Below are positions 1-9,750 of a stretch of 64,000 nucleotides of DNA, one piece after another. Each line of letters starts with the position of its first letter. Position 1 is the stretch's first letter. The stretch comes from a phage. The DNA is taken from NCBI GenBank assembly GCA_020241125.1, contig GCA_020241125.1_4708.1; one strand, written 5' to 3'. The notes beneath the pieces were generated by a model that searched no databases, had not been told where the DNA came from, and saw nothing but the letters and a program-made list of their open reading frames with translations. Made by a program: the position numbers and the translations under genes.

Positions 1-69
1 GAGCAGTGCGAGTTCGAATGCGTTTTTATTGACGTTATCAAAAAGAGAGATGCGGGCCATGTTAGTTCC

Positions 70-1410
70 TTAACCTTTGGTATAAGCTTTAACGAGAGTG
101 TTGATAAATGAGGTCAATGCACGAAGATATTGGTAAGCGAATTGGTTTTCAATACGGTTCTCTTTACCGCAAAGCAGAATCGCGCGCTTAACGAGCTTAG
201 GATAGATCTCAACGTACGGTTGGTAGCTCGCATCAAAATTCTGCTCGTTGAAGCGTTTCATGGTAACGTATTGGATGCGTTCCATGGTACGGATTTTATT
301 ACGAGAGAATATCTCAGAGAAAGCACGCCCACGTTTTGTTACCATCAACAGATCTTTCGCGAACGTCAGTTGTCGAACGCTACGCAAATCGTCAGGTGTC
401 GGCAGGACGTACGTTTCCGGGTCACTATCCCATTCAACATCTTCAACGACAATATCCAAATCGAGGTAACGTTTAACCGCATCGATGATATTGTCTTTTG
501 ACGCATCGAATTCTTTCAAGAAGACTGCACCGTTGACGTAGCGGATGCGTTTTCCGGAAACCGTTGGGGTGATAACGTCAGTACCTTCCACGGAACCGCG
601 ATTTTCCAGTGTCGATTTGACAGCGTTCAAGAAAGTCAGATAATCAACGGGAAGTTTTTCAACTTTATCTAAATGGAAGTCGATGATGTTTAATCCTAAC
701 CCATCAATAACTGAATAACCGTCCGATTTAAGGAACATCTGATTGAAGGTATCGATGTTGCTTTTCAGCGCGTCTACACCACCAACGTTGTTACGGTTAG
801 GGAAAAGTGTCCGCCACTCCGCTTTAAACGCAACTTCTTTATTTTCCTCGTATTTGCCTTTAGGCATTTGTTCGAGGTCTGCAACGGCTTTCTGAAAATT
901 GCGCGTCTCGTCGTAAACAAGACGGGTAAGCTTCTCGAAGGCTGCTGCCAGAGTCAGGGCAATATCAACGATGATATCCCAGATCTTTTTCATGGCTTTT
1001 ACAACGGTGTCCTTAAACCCTTCAACAACCAAAGCTTCTCCAACCTCAACACGATCGGTTGGGGTCAGCAATGCTTCGGAGGGTAGACCCAGAGCAATCG
1101 ATGCGGATTCTTGAACGTTACGAACTAATGCAACGTCACTGTAGTTAGCCGATTCGATAGTCGGAGCAACATCAAAACTGATTTCCCGCAGTGCAGCAAC
1201 AGCAGGGAAAGCACGATCAAGTGCATCTTCATGTTCGTCGATTGTCGCTAAACGTAATTCAACACCATCGGCGTCGATGACTTCAGTGGTAGGCTCCACG
1301 GCAAGCGCCTCAGCAACAATAGGATCTTTTTCAAACGCCTCAAGGCTGATATCGCCCTGGGTCGCAAATAGCGGTATGTGTACCATGTGTTGTCTCCAGT
1401 AATGATTCAA
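70..1410 (-). CDS. Hypothetical large acidic protein; candidate virion internal protein (LVxEGF family member)
   Basis: 446-aa ORF; probable true start at internal Met (ATG at 1386) preceded by GGAG; acidic N-terminal ~120 aa followed by LVVEGF and an amphipathic KKIWDII helix shared with the 9751 and 12603 proteins. Confidence 0.55.
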   Translation of the reverse strand: MNHYWRQHMVHIPLFATQGDISLEAFEKDPIVAEALAVEPTTEVIDADGVELRLATIDEHEDALDRAFPAVAALREISFDVAPTIESANYSDVALVRNVQESASIALGLPSEALLTPTDRVEVGEALVVEGFKDTVVKAMKKIWDIIVDIALTLAAAFEKLTRLVYDETRNFQKAVADLEQMPKGKYEENKEVAFKAEWRTLFPNRNNVGGVDALKSNIDTFNQMFLKSDGYSVIDGLGLNIIDFHLDKVEKLPVDYLTFLNAVKSTLENRGSVEGTDVITPTVSGKRIRYVNGAVFLKEFDASKDNIIDAVKRYLDLDIVVEDVEWDSDPETYVLPTPDDLRSVRQLTFAKDLLMVTKRGRAFSEIFSRNKIRTMERIQYVTMKRFNEQNFDASYQPYVEIYPKLVKRAILLCGKENRIENQFAYQYLRALTSFINTLVKAYTKG

Positions 1411-1434
1411 AAGATAAACCTGAGCGGCATAGAA

Positions 1435-1466
1435 CCCTCTCCCAACCCGTAAGGGAAGGGAGAGGG
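1435..1466 (-). terminator. Conserved GC-rich palindromic hairpin (family member 1)
   Basis: CCCTCTCCC-aaCCCgtaaGGGaa-GGGAGAGGG with CATAGAA/ATATG flanks, between two minus-strand genes. Confidence 0.6.
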
Positions 1467-1488
1467 GATATGTCAGTTTATTAACTGA

Positions 1489-2811
1489 TTACTGCTGTGC
1501 TGCGTCAGCCGGTTTCTCAGCCGCCTGGCCGCCGTACTCTTTCAGCATTTTAGCAACGCCATCCAGGACAGCGTTACCTGCCTGAACACCGTATTTCATC
1601 AGACCGGTCTGCGGGTTCACGTAGCAGGAACGTGCGTCTTTCAGTGCAGACAGTACAGCTTGAACACGCTGTTTTTCCTGAGCGGAAACTTCGCCTTTCT
1701 TAGACAGATCGGCTTCCATATCGTCACCGAATTTAACAGCGTCTTTGAAGCCCTGGGATTTCTTACCGATGTTGCCTTTCAGCGCCAGCAGTTTGTCGGC
1801 CAGTGCTTCAACACCGCTAACCGCAGCAGCCAGCTGATTCAGGGACAGGACGGTAGCTTCAACTTCTTTTGCTTCGCCAGAGCGTTCCCAGGTTACTTTA
1901 CCATCATTGGCTTTGAAACCCCAACCTGCCGGGCCAGCAACGTCAGCAATCGCCGGAGCGTTCAGTTTATCAGCGTACTCGGTGTGAGATTTAGCAACAA
2001 CGGTACCAACGAATTTATCAGCACGATCGTCAGCAGCCTTCATTGCTTTCTCGAAGGTGTCAGCGATTTTGGTCGCGCCGGTAACCAGATCATCACCACC
2101 GATGTAACCAGAAACGCCGCTACCCAGTTTAACTTTGGTATTTTTAGCAGCGCCTTTACGCTTGGCGATCATTTCTTTCAGTTTAGCAGCACGTGCTTTC
2201 AGTTTGGTCGCGCCGTCGAAGATGCGATCCATGAACTTCACGAAGGTTTCCCAGGAAGTCTTCAGGAAGTTCTTGATGGTTGCCCACAGTTTCTGCCACC
2301 ATTTTTGTTCTTCCAGGAAGATCATGTTGGTTGCATCGTAGCGGGAAGCGGAACCACCGAAGCTTTCGAAGGAAGGCATGGTTTCCGGCAGTTTGAAACC
2401 GATAGTACCACACAGACGTTTCAGATTACGCATGTGTTCTTGCGCGGTCTGTGCAGACATACCACCGTCTTTCAGGTAGCTTTCGGTTGCAACAACGGTT
2501 TCCGTCAGTTCATCCATGGCTTCGTCCATGGCTTCTGCGGTTTCGTCGTCTTTTGCAATTTCGATAACAACAGCATCAACCTGCTCGATATCACCACGAA
2601 CTTCGATAGCCAGTTCGGTTTCAGCTGCGGTATCTTCAGCGATTTCAGCACGTTCGGTCAGTTCAGCCACAACGGTTTCATCCGCTGGTGCAGCATCAGC
2701 TGCCGGTTCTGCTTCAACGGTTGCCGCTGCATCCGGGTCGATCTCAGCAGCCAGTTGAACCAGCTGTGCGTTAGATGGATTTGCGACAAGACGATCAAAA
2801 ATAGAAGGCAT
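1489..2811 (-). CDS. Hypothetical acidic/coiled-coil protein (scaffold-like or internal virion protein)
   Basis: 440-aa ORF; AAGGA Shine-Dalgarno about 10 nt upstream of ATG at 2811; strongly acidic Ala/Glu-rich N-terminus; WQKLWATIKNF helix resembles motif in neighbouring large proteins. Confidence 0.55.
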   Translation of the reverse strand: MPSIFDRLVANPSNAQLVQLAAEIDPDAAATVEAEPAADAAPADETVVAELTERAEIAEDTAAETELAIEVRGDIEQVDAVVIEIAKDDETAEAMDEAMDELTETVVATESYLKDGGMSAQTAQEHMRNLKRLCGTIGFKLPETMPSFESFGGSASRYDATNMIFLEEQKWWQKLWATIKNFLKTSWETFVKFMDRIFDGATKLKARAAKLKEMIAKRKGAAKNTKVKLGSGVSGYIGGDDLVTGATKIADTFEKAMKAADDRADKFVGTVVAKSHTEYADKLNAPAIADVAGPAGWGFKANDGKVTWERSGEAKEVEATVLSLNQLAAAVSGVEALADKLLALKGNIGKKSQGFKDAVKFGDDMEADLSKKGEVSAQEKQRVQAVLSALKDARSCYVNPQTGLMKYGVQAGNAVLDGVAKMLKEYGGQAAEKPADAAQQ

Positions 2812-2854
2812 AATTTGTTTCCTTTACAATAAATTGCACATTAGCTAATGCGGC

Positions 2855-2879
2855 TTAAGTGAACCGTCAGCTCACTTAA
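2855..2879 (-). terminator. Hairpin at end of gene 2876..3406
   Basis: TTAAGTGA-accgtcagc-TCACTTAA, 8-bp stem overlapping the stop codon; no clear U-tract. Confidence 0.3.
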
Positions 2880-3406
2880 AAGCCCTTAAAACCCGGTGCC
2901 ATAGGTTGCCCAAACACCGCATTCAAAGTACATATGATGTCCTGGATGCCATTGTCCCAATGGAGCCAAGTACGCACCATCTCTTCGTCTGACAACGTGA
3001 TATAACTCATAAGTTTACCGCTGCTTTCCAGGCGTTGGTGTGAACTTAACGACTGACGATCTGACCAGTTATCAATCAATTGACCAGCAATCTGAACGTT
3101 CGTGTCTCGTCTACCCGTGTGAATGAACCGTAGCGTATCACGGATAAACTCCAGACTGGTGAAGTTCAGATTTGGGTTATGGCTGTTCATTTCCACCCAA
3201 TCGGTGATGGGGTACATCAAACGATAAAGGGTAGAAAGAACCTGGCGTTCATATTTCCAGTCATCGAGAGGAGTACCGTCGACCAGACGCTGATACAAAC
3301 TAACAACGTCACGATCGTAGTTCTCCTGGCGTTTTACACCGTTAACCGGAAATCCGAAGAACCCGGTACCGTATAACGTTAAAGGGACGTCACGAAGTGC
3401 ATTCAT
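2876..3406 (-). CDS. Hypothetical protein
   Basis: 176-aa ORF; 4-nt overlap with upstream gene (3403..4305), consistent with translational coupling. Confidence 0.5.
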   Translation of the reverse strand: MNALRDVPLTLYGTGFFGFPVNGVKRQENYDRDVVSLYQRLVDGTPLDDWKYERQVLSTLYRLMYPITDWVEMNSHNPNLNFTSLEFIRDTLRFIHTGRRDTNVQIAGQLIDNWSDRQSLSSHQRLESSGKLMSYITLSDEEMVRTWLHWDNGIQDIICTLNAVFGQPMAPGFKGF

Positions 3407-4305
3407 ACAGCCGCCTCTTCTTTTCGTTTAATATCATAACGAAGTTTCTTCAGTCGCTCTTCGTGATATTCGATCTGCTGCTGGATTTTTGGATCGTTGC
3501 CCGCATTCTGCTGTTTTTGCTTCAGTGACAAAATCCAATACTCCAACGCTTGGGCTTCTTCTTTGGCTGCTTGTAACGACGCTTCTTCACGTTCGCTGCG
3601 CCAGATGCGATAACGGTAAATAAGCGTGTTGGTCATTTGAGTGTCGGACCATGAGCCCATACGCATCGGGTCAGTATTACCCGCGTTGTACAATCCATTA
3701 CCAACACCGTCTTCATCAGAAACCACAACATCCGGGATTTTATCCAACCCAGCAAGGATCTGTTGTTTCTGTCCACACAGCACCTCGGTGGCGATGGCGA
3801 AACCGTACATGTTGGCGGTCAGGTAAGCAATCTCGTTTTTGGTGAAGAACTCACCAAGTGCTTTATCACCACCTGGCATGCTTTCGCAGATGACCGTCGC
3901 ACGAAGCAGCGTACGAGCGTAGCTAACGTAGAAGCCCAGGGACTCAACAAGACGTACCAGAGCGGCTTCTTTGAAACTCAGACCGTCAGCAGCAACATCG
4001 ATTTCCAGGTTTTTGTTAACACGTTTAACAATTTCTGGAATCAGATCAACAGCATTACGTAGCGCTAAGTGAACGTTTTCTACCCAGCTTCCAGAGCGAA
4101 CGCGGGTTAAACGCTGGTGCAGATCCTTATCAGCAAGTTTCCATAAGGCGCTTTCTCCCTTTTGGAGAAGCGAAGCGGATGTCTCGTAGTAAGGAATCGC
4201 GGTGTTGTTGATTTCGTCACGGATTGATTCAAGTGCGTCAGCAACACCGGTGCGTTTAAAAAGCGGCTTCAAACCGCGAATGAATTCTTTAAAATCGATT
4301 GCCAT
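3403..4305 (-). CDS. Hypothetical protein
   Basis: 300-aa ORF in same-strand operon; no recognisable motif. Confidence 0.5.
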   Translation of the reverse strand: MAIDFKEFIRGLKPLFKRTGVADALESIRDEINNTAIPYYETSASLLQKGESALWKLADKDLHQRLTRVRSGSWVENVHLALRNAVDLIPEIVKRVNKNLEIDVAADGLSFKEAALVRLVESLGFYVSYARTLLRATVICESMPGGDKALGEFFTKNEIAYLTANMYGFAIATEVLCGQKQQILAGLDKIPDVVVSDEDGVGNGLYNAGNTDPMRMGSWSDTQMTNTLIYRYRIWRSEREEASLQAAKEEAQALEYWILSLKQKQQNAGNDPKIQQQIEYHEERLKKLRYDIKRKEEAAV

Positions 4306-4344
4306 GAGTGAGCACCTATGCTATTTCGAAACAGGTTGCGTATA

Positions 4345-5451
4345 TTAACGAATCTGTGGGACGTTTCCGGTACGGAGCGCCTGGAGGATCGTCAGGAGAT
4401 CGGAACCCGAGGTTGACGAACTGTTGGATTTTTCCAGCTGCTTGAAGCTTACGGTGGTCCCTTGATCCAAGCTGTGGAAATAGAAGGTCACCATCTCTTC
4501 AGCTTCGTCGATGATGATCAACTGCATTGCGAGGGCTTCAGCCATGACTTTCTGACGTGTGGTATAATCAGATAAACGACGTCCGATCTTACGCTCGATG
4601 GCTTCCTGGTTAGCCTTAGAGATGATATAGGTGGAGGCGATGGCTCCAGAAGAAGGGATCTTTGTGCTCGCTGCAGCTTTTGCGGCATTGATGCGCGCAG
4701 CATTAACAGCCTTACGGATACCCTCTTTATCCATGCGTGAGATTCGTTTGTGTTCGCGAACCAGATCGCTAAGCAGGATCATATCGCTCCAGAAAGACAG
4801 CTCACCGGCCATCATGCGATGCCAACGTGCTCGCCAGGTGTTCTGTGGGCCGCCAATCGCTAAAATCGACGCAAGCACTTCCGCTGGAGAGCTTGCAATA
4901 CGCATGCTGATGTTCAACGGCATTTTCATCGTTGCCTGACCATCGGTCAGCGTCACGGTTAAGAACTTGCCGGTGACCGCGTTTGCATCTTTGTTCAGCA
5001 ATTCGATCGCCGCGTCGCTGGCTCCAACATCGAGGCTATTTTTTTGTTTCCCCTGTAGGTTGAATCCTTTGTCATCAAGGAAAACAAGGCTTTTGCTATC
5101 CGCACTTTCCAGCGCTAATTTAACGGCCTTATCCATCAGGTTAGCGTTACGGTTTGGGTTCACACGACCCAGCGTTTTATCGACACTGATGTTACCCACC
5201 TGCATGATGGTATTCAACGCCAGTAAATAGAACCCGGTATACATGTTTTCAGCGGTGCGCATGCAGTTGCCTAACGCATTGCGTGCGTCGCTATAATACA
5301 ACTCACGTTCAAAGATCAACGGCGCGATAACGCGTGAAGGTTGTGAGAGTTCAACCAGCGAACCTGGCTGGATAAGTTTATTAACTTCGTAGACTTTAGC
5401 GATACCTGACGCAACAACATTAACAGCGTCGGCAATTTCTGATGCTACCAT
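4345..5451 (-). CDS. Hypothetical protein (possibly structural)
   Basis: 368-aa ORF; head of minus-strand block diverging from plus-strand gene at 5453. Confidence 0.5.
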   Translation of the reverse strand: MVASEIADAVNVVASGIAKVYEVNKLIQPGSLVELSQPSRVIAPLIFERELYYSDARNALGNCMRTAENMYTGFYLLALNTIMQVGNISVDKTLGRVNPNRNANLMDKAVKLALESADSKSLVFLDDKGFNLQGKQKNSLDVGASDAAIELLNKDANAVTGKFLTVTLTDGQATMKMPLNISMRIASSPAEVLASILAIGGPQNTWRARWHRMMAGELSFWSDMILLSDLVREHKRISRMDKEGIRKAVNAARINAAKAAASTKIPSSGAIASTYIISKANQEAIERKIGRRLSDYTTRQKVMAEALAMQLIIIDEAEEMVTFYFHSLDQGTTVSFKQLEKSNSSSTSGSDLLTILQALRTGNVPQIR

Positions 5452-5452
5452 A

Positions 5453-6691
5453 TTGAAATCCTTATTTACAAATAAAGGAAAGAAAATGTCTAATTACTAC
5501 GACCAAGCTATTCAAACCATTCAGGAGAATAATGCGTCGTTAACACCCGAAGCTGTGGAGGCAGCGGGCAATGCGGTGTTATTCACTGATTCGGATTGGG
5601 CAATAGCGCGGAAGAATATTCGTACCAGTGTCGGTCAAGGGACATACGAGGACAGTATCGCCAGACGGTATCGGAATGTGTCGCCTATTCCTGGTAACAG
5701 CCCGATCCCGATTAACCGCGATCATGCCGGTATTACCTTCTTCACACGACCTAATTTACATCTTACCGACGCGAACTTAAAACGAGATCGACGTTTGTGG
5801 TCGTTACGTACGGATAACCCTAACAGTATTCAGGCTGTTGTCCGTGACTACTTGGACCCTGTGGGTGCCAGAAAGCGGAACCATCGAGGACGTGCCATCG
5901 TCGATGAGCGCAATCCATTCATAAGTATACTGACGGACAACCTGACGGATATCAGCGGTTTCAATGACATGGAAATGCAGGTCTATCAGGGTAAACCGGG
6001 ATTACGCCAAGAAACCGTTGTGATGGCTGACGGTTCAGTGGATATGTTCCAGCCTTATAACCTGAACGCGACGTTCAAGAACATCATGGGTAACCCCATC
6101 ATGTTCCTTCATTATATTTGGTTGATTTACATCGCAGGCGTGCATAATGGTGAACTGACGCCAAGCCCTCAGGCCATCATCGACAATGAAATGGATTACT
6201 GGACAAGATGCTATCGTATCATCCTGGATCCGACTGGGATGTATGTTCGTTATATCTTCGCACCGACCGCGATGTTTCCTGTCGGGTTACCGATTGGTAA
6301 TATGGCTAACTACAGCATCGATAAACCCTTCACGCAAGATAACGAACGTATCACTATTCCATATCAGGCGGTTGGTAACAACGCGTTCGATGAGATTCTG
6401 AAGGATGAATTCAATCGACTTGTCCTGATGTTCTATTACGGTGAGAACGATACCCGTACGTTCCTTGAAGATGAGGAGCTGGTACCTATCTCACCCTACG
6501 AGCGTCGAATCATGTCGTATCGTGTCGATATGTATCCATTTATTCATCCGTTGACCTCAGAGCTTCTTTGGTTCGTACCCGCTGATGATTACAACGAATT
6601 CTATCTGGATCTTGAGCCGTCGGCGTTACCACCGGATACGTTCAGTCGCGATCTTGTCCGTACCACCATTCCGCAAAATTACGAGGGATAA
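5453..6691 (+). CDS. Hypothetical protein
   Basis: 412-aa ORF; likely true start at ATG 5486 (MSNYYDQ) preceded by AAAGGAAAG; followed 4 nt later by next gene. Confidence 0.55.
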   Translation: MKSLFTNKGKKMSNYYDQAIQTIQENNASLTPEAVEAAGNAVLFTDSDWAIARKNIRTSVGQGTYEDSIARRYRNVSPIPGNSPIPINRDHAGITFFTRPNLHLTDANLKRDRRLWSLRTDNPNSIQAVVRDYLDPVGARKRNHRGRAIVDERNPFISILTDNLTDISGFNDMEMQVYQGKPGLRQETVVMADGSVDMFQPYNLNATFKNIMGNPIMFLHYIWLIYIAGVHNGELTPSPQAIIDNEMDYWTRCYRIILDPTGMYVRYIFAPTAMFPVGLPIGNMANYSIDKPFTQDNERITIPYQAVGNNAFDEILKDEFNRLVLMFYYGENDTRTFLEDEELVPISPYERRIMSYRVDMYPFIHPLTSELLWFVPADDYNEFYLDLEPSALPPDTFSRDLVRTTIPQNYEG

Positions 6692-6694
6692 TAA

Positions 6695-9688
6695 ATGAGC
6701 GTAACCAACAAAGATCTTGCTGAACAGCTCAATCGCTATATGCTTTCACCTATTGAAATGCAGGCTGTTGCAAGCGATATGATCCGTTTGGCCTCTGATG
6801 GCGAGTTAACCCTGGTTGACCCCAGCTGTCCGTTTGTTTATCTGCTGGAGGTTGCAACGGCAACGGCTGCGAACCAGAACGCACGAGATGAGTCCCGTGT
6901 TCGCGAACTGTATCCGAAGCTTGCAACCAACTGGAGCCAGCTCTATCGTTGGATGTATGATGAGTCGTACGTCGGACGTTTCGCAATGCCGGGTAAAACG
7001 GAAATCATTTATTCGTTAGGGTATCAGGAAATCCTCGATCGCGCTGTAGAGATTCCCAACACCATCGCCTCCGATGATTTGAGCCGTTCTTACAGCCGTA
7101 AGTTAGTGATACCACGTACGACAGCGTTTACGGTAGCCGGAATGGATTTCGGGTTACATTATCCCATCGAAATCCAAGTACAAGCGCACGACCAGATCCG
7201 CGTCGTTTATAACACCGATAACATCAGCCCATTGCAAACCTTGGAGAGTAACCAAGTTGAGTACGGGGTCGTTCGTGTAAAAGCGGGTAAAGTGTTGGTG
7301 ATGCGTATCCCGCTGTTCCAGTTTAAAACGCTGGTAAAAGATGTGCCGTTTAACAGCGTTCACGGGATGAACAGCAGTATTACCTTCGAAGATCAGTTTT
7401 ACCATTGTCGTGCGTATATGTCGTCGGATAACGATACCTGGACGGAGATAGCGACAACGCACAGTCAACAGATCTACGATCCGTTAACACCAACCATCGC
7501 GTTACAAGTAGAAGGGAACAAACTTAACTGGCGTGTTCCTGAAATTTATTTGTCTCAAGGTACGATGGATAAAAGCACCATTCGACTTGAGGTGTTGACG
7601 ACGAAAGGGAAAATCAGCGTCGACCCGTCTGATTACGACGTGACCGACTGGAAAGATAATTACATCGATTTGTCACCAAAAGCCGAACAGAAATACAGTG
7701 CGCCGCTAAGTGCATTCAACATTAAAGGGATTTATAGCGAGGGGGCGTTGTCTGGTGGGCGATCCGCGTTAACGTTCGAGGAACAACGTGAACGCGTTAT
7801 GGCGGGAGTGAACAAAACCAAGGTACCAATCACAGGAACGCAGGTCGAGCTGGTGCTTCAAGATGCGGGTTATGGGATGGTGACCACCATCGACAACGTA
7901 ACCAATCGTTCGTTCCTGGCAACCCGAGATTTACCGCAATTGAGCGACAGCGTGCCGCAAGCCGGTTCGTTGATGGGGTCTTTCTATACGTCAGCTGCAG
8001 CATTGGTGAAAAGTAAGTTTGTCGCTGATAACGGCGACAGTATTACGATTAAACCTGATTGCTTGTATCGTGACAGTAACGGAAGTATCACGCTGTTGTC
8101 AGACGATGAAATTGACCGTATTAATGCAGGTGACTCTGATGCGAAGTTGAACGCGGTAAACAACGCCATGTTGTTCTACAGTCCGTTTCATTACGTATTA
8201 GATGCGACAAGCGATTTCGACATCCATGCTTATTACCTGGATGCCCCTAAGATCGGCACACAAGCCTTCCTCGACGCGAACGAGACAATCCCGTTAACCG
8301 CTATGGTGACCGGATACCGTCTGGATCGTATCGCCGAAGGATATCGTCTAAGCCTCATTGTAGAAGGTAACGACGCATGGAAAGCGCTCGACGATAAAAA
8401 CGTGCACATCCAGCTGGGGTTCAATCCGCGTGGTGAGGGTGATTACGCAACGATGTTAGCATCGCCTACAACCGATGAACAAGGTCGTCGTTTGTTCACT
8501 TTCGATATCACCACGAATTATGATTTTACGCGAATCCTGGCCGATGATTCCACGGCGTATGAACCATATATCGCATTGACTTCGTTCTCGATGTATGAAT
8601 CGACACCGCGGGATTATTGGGCATCACTGCAGCAGTATTTGGAAATATTCCATGTGGTGACGGATTACGCACCGGAAGATGTCGACGGTATTTTACACAG
8701 CGCTTCCGATAATTACCTGGTTAAGAAACTCACGCTTCAAAATGGGTATTGTTTCTACCGTGAACGTCTCACCGCAACCTTTGGTTATGATCTGGATGGT
8801 CTTTGGATGCGTTCTCGTACGGTAGCCTCGGAGATCACGTATAAACGTTACACCGAGAACATTCCGTGGGTGTATGATGAAGATATCCCAGCGACGGATG
8901 AGACCGGTTCTGTTATCATTGAGCAAGGCGATGATGGTACGTTGTCGGTTAAATATCTGCATCGTAAAGGAGATCCGAAATTAAACAGTGATGGAAGCCA
9001 AGCCTATCGTTACCTGAAAGGCGACATCATGAAAGATAATTACGGTAATCCGATCCCCGTCGATGAACGTGAGGTTCTGCGTAACCTGGACATGTTCTTT
9101 ATTGATGCGTCGTATCTGTTAGCGAACGATACAGACGTGATTGAGTACCGTAATGCGATTCCTACGCAGCTTATCGAATGGATCCAGAACGATATCGACA
9201 CGTTCAGGAATTTCTGTTATGAAGAAACAGAGATTTCACTGTATCCTAAGCAATCGCTGGGGTATGTGGATGTTATTGTGGAAAACGGATTGGAAACGAC
9301 GCTTCCTGCTGCCTTATCGTTCAACGTGACACTGTACTTACCAGCTAAGCAATACGCCGACCTGGATTTACGTCAAGTCCTTCAAGCGATGGTGTCGAAA
9401 GTCATCAATGAATGCTTGACATCCCGTACGGTGGCTAAAGCAGAAATGATCGCGATGATTCGTGAGGAGGGCGGTGACGACATCCTTAACGTTGAAATCG
9501 ATGATTTTGGACCAGGTAAGAACCTCAGTGTTTATACCGCGAAGAACGACGGTGTTCGTTGTGCGGTGAAGAAAGAGCTTTATGTGAAAGCGGATGGTAT
9601 CTTGTCCGTACGTGAAGCGATCGATGTAAGTTTTGTGAAACACGCACAAAGCAACAGTTCAGCGCTAGCGCAAGGCCTTCGTGTCTAA
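6695..9688 (+). CDS. Hypothetical large protein (997 aa)
   Basis: Long uninterrupted ORF; ends at convergent junction carrying palindromic hairpin 9710..9741. Confidence 0.6.
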   Translation: MSVTNKDLAEQLNRYMLSPIEMQAVASDMIRLASDGELTLVDPSCPFVYLLEVATATAANQNARDESRVRELYPKLATNWSQLYRWMYDESYVGRFAMPGKTEIIYSLGYQEILDRAVEIPNTIASDDLSRSYSRKLVIPRTTAFTVAGMDFGLHYPIEIQVQAHDQIRVVYNTDNISPLQTLESNQVEYGVVRVKAGKVLVMRIPLFQFKTLVKDVPFNSVHGMNSSITFEDQFYHCRAYMSSDNDTWTEIATTHSQQIYDPLTPTIALQVEGNKLNWRVPEIYLSQGTMDKSTIRLEVLTTKGKISVDPSDYDVTDWKDNYIDLSPKAEQKYSAPLSAFNIKGIYSEGALSGGRSALTFEEQRERVMAGVNKTKVPITGTQVELVLQDAGYGMVTTIDNVTNRSFLATRDLPQLSDSVPQAGSLMGSFYTSAAALVKSKFVADNGDSITIKPDCLYRDSNGSITLLSDDEIDRINAGDSDAKLNAVNNAMLFYSPFHYVLDATSDFDIHAYYLDAPKIGTQAFLDANETIPLTAMVTGYRLDRIAEGYRLSLIVEGNDAWKALDDKNVHIQLGFNPRGEGDYATMLASPTTDEQGRRLFTFDITTNYDFTRILADDSTAYEPYIALTSFSMYESTPRDYWASLQQYLEIFHVVTDYAPEDVDGILHSASDNYLVKKLTLQNGYCFYRERLTATFGYDLDGLWMRSRTVASEITYKRYTENIPWVYDEDIPATDETGSVIIEQGDDGTLSVKYLHRKGDPKLNSDGSQAYRYLKGDIMKDNYGNPIPVDEREVLRNLDMFFIDASYLLANDTDVIEYRNAIPTQLIEWIQNDIDTFRNFCYEETEISLYPKQSLGYVDVIVENGLETTLPAALSFNVTLYLPAKQYADLDLRQVLQAMVSKVINECLTSRTVAKAEMIAMIREEGGDDILNVEIDDFGPGKNLSVYTAKNDGVRCAVKKELYVKADGILSVREAIDVSFVKHAQSNSSALAQGLRV

Positions 9689-9709
9689 AACAAAATAGCA
9701 TGAGCATAA

Positions 9710-9741
9710 CCCTCCTCCAACCCAACAGGGAAGGAGGAGGG
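9710..9741. terminator. Conserved palindromic hairpin (member 2) at convergent gene junction
   Basis: CCCTCCTCC-aaCCCaacaGGGaa-GGAGGAGGG flanked by GCATAA/ATATGC. Confidence 0.6.
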
Positions 9742-9750
9742 AATATGCTG

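Noticed and set aside
1-30. tRNA-like T-loop sequence GAGTTCGAATGCG at the window edge
   Set aside because: Flanking bases do not form a T-stem and there is no acceptor stem or CCA context; a truncated element cannot be assessed, so no tRNA is called
2516-2758. 80-aa Ser/Ala-rich plus-strand ORF
   Set aside because: Antisense shadow ORF within the same acidic gene; low-complexity composition
1660-2832. 390-aa plus-strand ORF
   Set aside because: Entirely antisense to the well-supported 1489..2811 gene; translation is low-complexity and Phe/Cys/Gly-rich, typical of a shadow ORF opposite an acidic Ala/Glu-rich gene
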